Positions 43,893 through 50,606 of a DNA stretch of 64,000 nucleotides are shown in pieces; positions within the stretch are counted from its first letter, which is position 1, and each line of letters opens with the position of its first letter. The notes beneath the pieces were generated by a model. The model ran no database searches and was not told the DNA's origin. It saw only the letters and a list, made by a program, of their open reading frames with translations. Position numbers and translations under genes: made by a program. Origin of the DNA: Clostridia bacterium (GTDB lineage: Bacteria > Bacillota > Clostridia > Oscillospirales > CAG-272); NCBI GenBank assembly GCA_017463665.1, contig JAFTOT010000087.1, positions 5,871 to 69,870 of the forward strand. The letters run 5' to 3'.

Positions 43893-44676
43893 TCGTATCC
43901 TCCTTTACGCCGAGTGCTTCTGCGAGCAGCTCGGTGAAGTATACGACCGGGATCTCCGAGCCGTTCTTGACAAGGTTGTAACGGCAAAGGGGACATGCGG
44001 TCACCATCATCTCGGCACCGGCAGCCGCCGCGTTGCCTGTTACGGCATTGCTCTTCTTCTTGGCAAGCTCGGGGCTCTCCATCGTGACATAGCCGCCGCA
44101 GCATTCGTTGCGGGAAGCGTAGATCACGGGCTGGGCGCCGATGGCACGGATGAAATCTTCGATGATACTGGGGTTTTCGGGATCGTCCATCTGCATGACC
44201 TTGTTCGGGCGGAGAAGCAGGCAGCCGTAGTACGCTGCGATCTTCTTGCCGGTCTGGGGATTTACGACCTTTTCCTTGATCTTGTCAAAGCCGACGAGAT
44301 CGCGGAGCATTTCGAGATAGTGATATACAGCCGTCTCACCGCTGTAGGGTGCTTCGGGCGCCATATAGCGGTTTACCTTGTCGGCAAATTCCGCGTCGGT
44401 CTGCACCTGATGATTGGTCTGCTTGATGACGTTGTGGCAGGCGGAACATACGGTAACGAGCGGCTGCTCCTTATCGTTTGCCGCTTTCAGTGCGCGTACC
44501 GAGGAGAGCTTGGTGGCAACTTCATCGCGCGAGGTGGAGAATACACCGCCGCAGCACTGCCAGTCTTCAATCTCTTCCAGTGTTACGCCCAGTACTTCGG
44601 CACATTTGCGAGCATATGCGTCGAGCTCTTTTGCCTTGGTTTTCAGCGTACAGCCGGGAAAATAACTAACTTTCAT
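43885..44676 (-). CDS. hdrB: Heterodisulfide reductase subunit B-like (two CCG domains)
   Basis: MKVSYFPGC..., DWQCCGG and NECCGGY motifs. The start at ATG 44676 is preferred. Confidence 0.85.
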   Translation of the reverse strand: MKVSYFPGCTLKTKAKELDAYARKCAEVLGVTLEEIEDWQCCGGVFSTSRDEVATKLSSVRALKAANDKEQPLVTVCSACHNVIKQTNHQVQTDAEFADKVNRYMAPEAPYSGETAVYHYLEMLRDLVGFDKIKEKVVNPQTGKKIAAYYGCLLLRPNKVMQMDDPENPSIIEDFIRAIGAQPVIYASRNECCGGYVTMESPELAKKKSNAVTGNAAAAGAEMMVTACPLCRYNLVKNGSEIPVVYFTELLAEALGVKEDTNA

Positions 44677-44712
44677 GTTTATGCGCATTCCTTTCTGAAA
44701 AATTGGAACGCC

Positions 44713-44742
44713 TGTACCCCTTGCCACGGGACAAGGGGTACA
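44713..44742 (-). terminator. Hairpin between fumC and hdrB (possible partial terminator)
   Basis: 11-bp stem TGTACCCCTTG/CAAGGGGTACA. Downstream on the minus strand the T tract is weak (...CCAATTTTTC). Confidence 0.4.
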
Positions 44743-44776
44743 AACGCGCCGCTTGAAAGAGGATCTCTTTCAAATC

Positions 44777-46153
44777 TTATACCATCTGTTCGGGATGGAA
44801 TACTTCGTCAAACTTTTCAGCCGTCAGGAAGCCGAGGGCTACGCATGCTTCCTTCAGAGAAATGTTGTCCTTGAATGCCTTCTTAACGGTCTTTGCTGCG
44901 TTCTCATAGCCGATGTAGGGGTTGAGAGCGGTTACGAGCATCAGGGAGTTGTGCAGGTTGTGATGCATCTTCTCCTTGTTTGCCTTGATGCCCACAGCGC
45001 AGTTCTTGTTGAAGGAGGTGATCGCCTCAGCAAGAAGTCTTGCAGACTGCAGGAAGTTGTAGATGCAGACGGGCATGAATACGTTCAGCTCGAAGTTACC
45101 CTGCGAAGCTGCCATGCCGACAGCAACGTCGTTGCCCATGACCTGAACGGCAACCATGGTTACAGCCTCACACTGGGTGGGGTTGACCTTACCGGGCATG
45201 ATGGAGGAGCCGGGCTCGTTCTCGGGGATAAAGATCTCGCCGAGACCGTCGCGGGGACCGCTTGCCAGCCAACGAACGTCGTTTGCGATCTTCATCATGT
45301 CGCAAGCGAGTGCCTTGATCGCGCCGTGTGCGAATACCAGCTCGTCCTTGGAGGTGAGAGCATGGAACTTGTTGGGAGCGGTAACGAAATCCTTGCCGGT
45401 GATCTTGCTGACTTCCTCAGCAACGCGCTCTGCAAAGCCTGCGGGAGCGTTCAGACCGGTGCCGACAGCGGTGCCGCCGAGCGCCAGCTCATGCAGGGGA
45501 GCGATGGATCTCTCGATCAGTTCAACATCCTTCTCAAGGCTGGAGCGCCAACCGCTGATCTCCTGGCTGAACTTGATGGGCGTTGCATCCTGCAGGTGGG
45601 TTCTACCGCTCTTAACGATGCCCTCGTTCTCCTCTTCGAGGCGAACAAAGGTAGCGATCAGTTCCTTGACAGCGGGGATCAGCTTATCCTCGAGTGCCAG
45701 AACTGCAGCGATGTGCATAGCGGTGGGGAAGGTGTCGTTGGAAGACTGGCTCATGTTGGAGTCATCGTTGGGGTGCAGCAGCTTCTTGTCAAGGATCTGG
45801 TTGCCGCGGTTTGCGATAACTTCGTTTGCGTTCATGTTCGACTGCGTGCCCGAACCGGTCTGCCAAACGACCAGCGGGAAGTGATCGTTGAGCGTGCCTG
45901 CCATTACTTCGTCACAAGCCTGCTTGATCGCACCGAGCTTTTCCTCGGTCATCTTTTCGGGGCGCAGTGCGTTGTTGGCGATGGCAGCTGCCTTCTTCAG
46001 TACGCCGAAAGCGTGAATGATCTCGGCGGGCATGGTCTCGATGCCGACACCGATCTCAAAGTTTTCGTGGCTTCTCTGGGTCTGTGCAGCCCACAGACGG
46101 TCAGCGGGGACTTTTACCTCGCCCATAGAGTCATGTTCAATGCGAAATTCCAT
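44777..46153 (-). CDS. fumC: Class II fumarate hydratase
   Basis: Signature GSSIMPGKVNPTQCEA. 458 aa with full-length fumarase/aspartase family features. Confidence 0.93.
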   Translation of the reverse strand: MEFRIEHDSMGEVKVPADRLWAAQTQRSHENFEIGVGIETMPAEIIHAFGVLKKAAAIANNALRPEKMTEEKLGAIKQACDEVMAGTLNDHFPLVVWQTGSGTQSNMNANEVIANRGNQILDKKLLHPNDDSNMSQSSNDTFPTAMHIAAVLALEDKLIPAVKELIATFVRLEEENEGIVKSGRTHLQDATPIKFSQEISGWRSSLEKDVELIERSIAPLHELALGGTAVGTGLNAPAGFAERVAEEVSKITGKDFVTAPNKFHALTSKDELVFAHGAIKALACDMMKIANDVRWLASGPRDGLGEIFIPENEPGSSIMPGKVNPTQCEAVTMVAVQVMGNDVAVGMAASQGNFELNVFMPVCIYNFLQSARLLAEAITSFNKNCAVGIKANKEKMHHNLHNSLMLVTALNPYIGYENAAKTVKKAFKDNISLKEACVALGFLTAEKFDEVFHPEQMV

Positions 46154-46190
46154 TATTCTATCTTCCTTTCAAATTTAAATAGAAACTATT

Positions 46191-47135
46191 TTAAAGCGTG
46201 ACGCTTCGGATAACGTTCTTGAGGCTCTCCGCGCTTGCGTGCAGAGCGGTGCGCTCCTCGTCATTTAGCGGCAGGAGGATCTTGCTGTGTGCGCCTCTGT
46301 TGCCGACGATGTTTAAGAGGCTCAGGCAGACATCGTCGATGTCATATTCGCCGTGCAGCATGGTCGAAACCGTCATCGTGGTGTCGATACCGCTGAGCAG
46401 GCACTTGCAGATGTGGCAGACCGACATGGATACGGCATAGAAGGTCGCACCCTTGCGCTGGATCACGCGTGCGCCGGATTTGCGCACATATTCTTCTACA
46501 TCGCTGCGTCTGAGCGGCGGGTATTCGTCATCGGGGCTGAGAACGGATTTCTGATAGTCTTCCACGGGGACATTGGAGATGTTGGCGATCGACCACGGGA
46601 TAAACGAGGAGTCGCCGTGCTCACCCAGAACATAAGCATGTACGTTGTGCTGGCTTACGGAATAATATTCCGAAATTCTCGAGCGCAGACGCGCGGTGTC
46701 GAGAATGGTACCCGAACCGATGATGCGCTCCTCGGGCAGACCCGAATACTTGCAGAATGCATAGGTCAGCACGTCAACAGGGTTGCTGACGAGGACATAG
46801 TTTGCATCGGGTGCATAGCGAGTGATCTCGGGGGTGATGGATTTGAGAATGTTGATGTTGGTCTGTGCAAGATCCAGTCTCGACTGACCGGGCTTTCTTG
46901 CCACGCCGGAAGTGATGATAACGATGTTAGAGTCCTTCGCGTCCGCATAGCTGCCCGCGTAGATCGAGCAGGGGTTGCAGAAGGGAGTACCCTGACGGAT
47001 GTCCAGTGCCTCGCCGAGCGCCTTTTCACCGTTGATATCGATCATGACGATCTCGGATGCAAGGCCGGAGATGGTGAGCGTATACGCGATGGTGGAGCCA
47101 ACGCTACCGGAACCGATGATGGTGATCTTATTCAT
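46191..47135 (-). CDS. LDH/MDH-family 2-hydroxyacid dehydrogenase (LDH scaffold with Arg at the Gln102 specificity position)
   Basis: GSGSVGST Rossmann motif, VLGEHGDS (LDH-type catalytic His loop), GSGTILDTARLR. Specificity loop is GVARKPGQSRLDL. Confidence 0.85.
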   Translation of the reverse strand: MNKITIIGSGSVGSTIAYTLTISGLASEIVMIDINGEKALGEALDIRQGTPFCNPCSIYAGSYADAKDSNIVIITSGVARKPGQSRLDLAQTNINILKSITPEITRYAPDANYVLVSNPVDVLTYAFCKYSGLPEERIIGSGTILDTARLRSRISEYYSVSQHNVHAYVLGEHGDSSFIPWSIANISNVPVEDYQKSVLSPDDEYPPLRRSDVEEYVRKSGARVIQRKGATFYAVSMSVCHICKCLLSGIDTTMTVSTMLHGEYDIDDVCLSLLNIVGNRGAHSKILLPLNDEERTALHASAESLKNVIRSVTL

Positions 47136-47155
47136 AGCTTCCTCACTTTTTAAAT

Positions 47156-48595
47156 TTAAGTTTTTAAATTTAAGATGCTTACCGCATCCTTGATGGTCTT
47201 CTCCATAGCTTCCTTGCCGTACTTATCGACCTCAGCCTTGTTCTTTTCGCCGTGCGTCAGACAGCCTGCGCCGCCGATACAGCCGCCGATACAAGCCATA
47301 CCCTCGATAAAGTTGGCATCCAGCACGTTCTTGCTCTTCTTGAGCAGTGCCAGTCTGCATTCTTCGATACCGTCGCAGACTGCGGCTTTGAGCTGGAAGT
47401 CGTTGAATTCAAATTCCTTGACACCTTCTGCAACTGCGTCGGTCAGACCGCCGCTGCGGGCAAAAATTCTTCCATAATAAGAAGCGTTGTCGAGCACGCC
47501 CTCGTCAAGCATGGTGATGTCGATGCCGCGGCTGTCGAACAGCGCCTGCAGCTCCTCAAAGGTCAGTACCGTATCGACATACGGCTTGACGGTTTCGCGC
47601 TGCAGCTCCATCTTCTTTGCGGTGCAGGGACCGATGAAGATGACGCGTGCATTCGGATCCTGCTTTTTGAGGTATGCGGCGAGCGCGGTCATCGGAGAGG
47701 GATTGTGCGAAATGTAATCTACAAGATCCGGGAAGTTCTTGTGGATGTAGTTGACGAATGCAGGGCAGCAGGAGCTGGTCAGGAAGCCTTTTTCGACAAG
47801 CTCTTTGGTTTCCTCAACGGCTACCATGTCTGCGCCGAGCGCAGCCTCGATCGTGGTGTAGAAGCCGAGCTCCTTGAGACCGGTGATGACCTGGCCGAGT
47901 TTTGCATAGGCAAATTGGCTGGAGATCGAGGGGGCGGCGATGGCATATACCTTGTATTCGGAGTTTGCCTTGCTGCCTTTCAGAATGTTGATGGCATCCA
48001 CGATAAAGGACTTATCGGTGATGGCGCCCCACGGGCACTGATATACGCAGGCACCGCAGGAGATGCACTTATCGTAGTCGATCTTTGCGGCGTTGTCTTC
48101 GTTGATCTGGATCGCCTTGACTTTGCAGGCGTTCTGGCAGGGGCGCTTGCGGTTGGCGATGGCTGCAAAGGGGCAGACCTTCGCGCACTGACCGCACTCT
48201 ACGCACTTGGTCTTGTCGATGTGCGCAACGTGGTTGTGGTCAAAGGAGATTGCGCCGCGCTTGCAGACGTCCTCACAGCGGTGTGCAAGGCAGCCGCGGC
48301 AGGAGTCGGTGACCTCGTATCCCGCTGCGGGGCACTCGTCGCAGGCAATGTCGATGACCTGGATCACGTTCGGGTTGTCCTTGTCACCGCCGACCGCGAG
48401 CTTTACGCGCTCGCCGAGGATGGCACGCTCTTTGTATACGCAGCAGCGCATGGTCGGTTCTTTACCGGGGACGATCTTCTTCGGGATCTCCACCAGATTT
48501 TCCAGCAGAGTGCCGTCCCATGCGTGTCTTGCGACCTCGCGCAGGACCTTATATTTCAAGTGCTGTACTTTGGTATCAAACTTTCTTGTCTTCAT
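47156..48595 (-). CDS. [FeFe] hydrogenase-like protein, monomeric group-B-type with N-terminal Fe-S clusters
   Basis: ATGA-coupled start at 48595. H-cluster motifs SSCCPAF, GPCTAKKME and EGMACIGGCIGGAGC. Ferredoxin motifs KCVECGQCAKVCP and KCISCGACVYQCP. Confidence 0.8.
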   Translation of the reverse strand: MKTRKFDTKVQHLKYKVLREVARHAWDGTLLENLVEIPKKIVPGKEPTMRCCVYKERAILGERVKLAVGGDKDNPNVIQVIDIACDECPAAGYEVTDSCRGCLAHRCEDVCKRGAISFDHNHVAHIDKTKCVECGQCAKVCPFAAIANRKRPCQNACKVKAIQINEDNAAKIDYDKCISCGACVYQCPWGAITDKSFIVDAINILKGSKANSEYKVYAIAAPSISSQFAYAKLGQVITGLKELGFYTTIEAALGADMVAVEETKELVEKGFLTSSCCPAFVNYIHKNFPDLVDYISHNPSPMTALAAYLKKQDPNARVIFIGPCTAKKMELQRETVKPYVDTVLTFEELQALFDSRGIDITMLDEGVLDNASYYGRIFARSGGLTDAVAEGVKEFEFNDFQLKAAVCDGIEECRLALLKKSKNVLDANFIEGMACIGGCIGGAGCLTHGEKNKAEVDKYGKEAMEKTIKDAVSILNLKT

Positions 48596-48849
48596 TCTTC
48601 TGTCTCCAGTTTTTTGAGGATGGTCTCGTTCCAAAAGACCTCAAAGGATTCCGGTGTGACACCGGTGAAAATTTCGTCGTCCACCCGGACGGTTACGCCG
48701 ACCTTGTTGCATTTCCCGATGCAAAAGCTTCCGGCAAGAGTGATGTCGTCTTCCTTATTATAATCGGAGATGGCTTTCTTGAATTTTTCGATCAGCCTTT
48801 CCGATCCTCGGATACAGCAGGCGCTGCCTATGCAGATCTGAATCACCAT
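48592..48849 (-). CDS. Thioredoxin-like [2Fe-2S] ferredoxin (small)
   Basis: 85 aa. CIGSACC...CIGKC (C-x4-C ... C-x3-C). Paralog of the upstream gene. Confidence 0.7.
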   Translation of the reverse strand: MVIQICIGSACCIRGSERLIEKFKKAISDYNKEDDITLAGSFCIGKCNKVGVTVRVDDEIFTGVTPESFEVFWNETILKKLETEE

Positions 48850-48851
48850 GG

Positions 48852-49127
48852 TTAAATTTTTGCTTTGACCTGTTCTGCAAAAAATTCGCCGAGCGTCTCG
48901 GGCGTAACGGAGAATACCTCGTCATCTACCGAGACAGAGACACCGGGCTGGCAGCGTCCCATGCAAAATGCGGCGCCCAGCGTTACCGTGTCTTCAAGTT
49001 TGTTTTCCGCGATCAGGCTCTGCAGACCTTCTACGACCTGGCGCGAGCCCTTCAGATGGCAGGAGCTGCCAATACATACTGTGATTTTAATAATAATAAC
49101 CCCCTTCGTGCGTTTTGGGGTTGACAA
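48852..49127 (-). CDS. Thioredoxin-like [2Fe-2S] ferredoxin (small), start uncertain
   Basis: CIGSSCH...CMGRC. The ORF-track start is a TTG without an RBS. An AAGGGGG RBS sits just before the ...IIIKITVC... codons, so the true start may be a non-canonical codon downstream. Confidence 0.6.
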   Translation of the reverse strand: MSTPKRTKGVIIIKITVCIGSSCHLKGSRQVVEGLQSLIAENKLEDTVTLGAAFCMGRCQPGVSVSVDDEVFSVTPETLGEFFAEQVKAKI

Positions 49128-49184
49128 TGAACTTTTTATACAGAAAAATAATCCATAACTAACCCATCTTACACAATTGTTATT

Positions 49185-49213
49185 ATTCTAACAAAAAAAT
49201 GCATAAATTGCAA
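49185..49213 (-). promoter_or_regulatory. Sigma-70 promoter of the ferredoxin-hydrogenase operon
   Basis: Minus strand: TTGCAA, 17-nt spacer, TAGAAT. Confidence 0.55.
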
Positions 49214-49321
49214 CTACTAACGGAAAAATAATTGCAGGAGAAACCCACAAAATTCAAAGAAAACCGTCCCGCCTGTTTTGGTACAAGTGGCGGTTTTTGC
49301 TTTTGTGCGGTCGCTTTGGGG

Positions 49322-49577
49322 GATATGATGTTCCCGCGCAAAGCGCGTAAACAGCGATATAAATCCCTGACGGGATTTTCGATATGCCCTGCGGGCGCGA
49401 TATGTCCTGCGGACTCGATATACCTGCGGGCGCGATATGTCCTGCGGACTCGATATACCTGCGGGCGCGAGGGATTTATATCATATCGCAAGCACGCAGT
49501 GCTTATATCGAAACCGAGCATCGCGAGGTTATATCGTGCGGCTCTGCCGCATATCGCCTTAGCGGCTCTGCCGCTAA
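49322..49577. repeat. Mini-hairpin array 1: CGATAT/ATATCG linkers separating tri-loop GC hairpins, including a perfect 35-bp tandem duplication (49398-49432 / 49433-49467)
   Basis: CGATAT at 49355, 49380, 49398, 49416, 49433 and 49451 (plus GGATAT at 49321). Inverted ATATCG at 49483, 49505, 49531 and 49551. Hairpins include GCCC-TGC-GGGC, GTCC-TGC-GGAC, AAGCAC-GCA-GTGCTT and AGCGGC-TCT-GCCGCT. Confidence 0.85.
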
Positions 49578-49591
49578 ACATTCCTTTTCGT

Positions 49592-49620
49592 TTGCATTCA
49601 GGATTGCTTTGTGCTATACT
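49592..49620 (+). promoter_or_regulatory. Sigma-70 promoter of the radical SAM gene
   Basis: TTGCAT, 17-nt spacer, TATACT. Confidence 0.55.
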
Positions 49621-49648
49621 GCTTGTATCACCATTTGCGGGGGACGGT

Positions 49649-50491
49649 ATGAAACGCTTTCAAAAAATCTATCTCGAGATCTCCAATATCTGCAATCTGC
49701 GCTGTGCGTTCTGCCCGGGAACGAAGCGGCAGCCGCGGGCGCTGACCGAGGGGGAATTTGGCTTTCTGCTCGGGCGGCTGCGCCCCTTTACCGATTATCT
49801 GTATTTTCATCTGATGGGCGAGCCGCTCTGTCATCCGCAGCTCGGCGCGTTCCTCCGAATGGCGCACGATGCCGGATTTAAGGTGATCCTCACCACCAAC
49901 GGCACGCTGCTGCAGAAGCAGCAGGAAATGCTGCTGTGTGCGCCGGCGTTACATAAGGTGAATATTTCGCTGCATGCGTTTGAAGCGAATGACCTCGATG
50001 TGCCGTTTGCTTCGTACCTTGACCGCTGCTTTGCTTTCGGCAAGGCGGCAGAGGGACAAAAGCTGGTCATCTACCGCCTGTGGAACCACGGCGGCGCGGA
50101 TGCAAGGAACGCGGAGATCCTTGCCGCCATGGAGCGATATTTCCCAAAGCCGTGGGCAGACGATTGGCGCGGCGCACGTATCGGCGAGCGCGTTTATCTG
50201 GATTACGGCGACAAATTCGATTGGCCCGATCTTTCCGCACCCGAGGGCGGGGGAGACGTCGCTTGCTACGGGCTGCGCGATCAGATCGGCGTGCTCGCCG
50301 ACGGCACGGTCGTACCATGCTGTCTGGATCACGACGGCGATATCGCACTCGGAAATCTGTTTGAAGAAAGCCTTGCGGACATCCTGTCGTCACCGCGTGC
50401 AAAAGCGATCTGTGACGGCTTCGCAGACGGCAAAGCCGTCGAGCCGCTCTGCCGCCGCTGCGGCTACGCCTATGCACGGTTTGGAAAGTAA
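49649..50491 (+). CDS. Radical SAM / SPASM(twitch)-domain protein
   Basis: ISNICNLRCAFCPG (CX3CX2C) and a C-terminal Cys cluster VVPCCLDHDG...CRRCGY. ATG 49649 follows GGGGGA. The 5' extension from 49232 runs through the repeat array. Confidence 0.85.
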   Translation: MKRFQKIYLEISNICNLRCAFCPGTKRQPRALTEGEFGFLLGRLRPFTDYLYFHLMGEPLCHPQLGAFLRMAHDAGFKVILTTNGTLLQKQQEMLLCAPALHKVNISLHAFEANDLDVPFASYLDRCFAFGKAAEGQKLVIYRLWNHGGADARNAEILAAMERYFPKPWADDWRGARIGERVYLDYGDKFDWPDLSAPEGGGDVACYGLRDQIGVLADGTVVPCCLDHDGDIALGNLFEESLADILSSPRAKAICDGFADGKAVEPLCRRCGYAYARFGK

Positions 50492-50606
50492 AAATATACA
50501 AAATCACTGTGTTTGTTAATAATATTTTGCTTTTTGGGATTTGTTATTGCATTCCTTTTTTAAATGTGTAAAATAAGATCAGAATTACCTGAGGAGGTAG
50601 TATGAT

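Noticed and set aside
49322-49577. Possible CRISPR array (also considered for 55909..56101).
   Set aside because: The repeats are only 6-9 nt. The 'spacers' are 7-20 nt and self-complementary. The repeat orientation flips mid-array, and there are no cas genes in the window. This is not CRISPR-like.
49232-49648. 139-codon N-terminal extension of the radical SAM ORF (track 49232..50491) and the overlapping ORF 49384..49881.
   Set aside because: The extension is translated straight through the mini-hairpin repeat array, giving repetitive CPAGAICPADSIYLRA peptides. The conserved radical SAM N-terminus (MKRFQKIYLEISNICNLRCAFC) starts at ATG 49649 with its own RBS and promoter.
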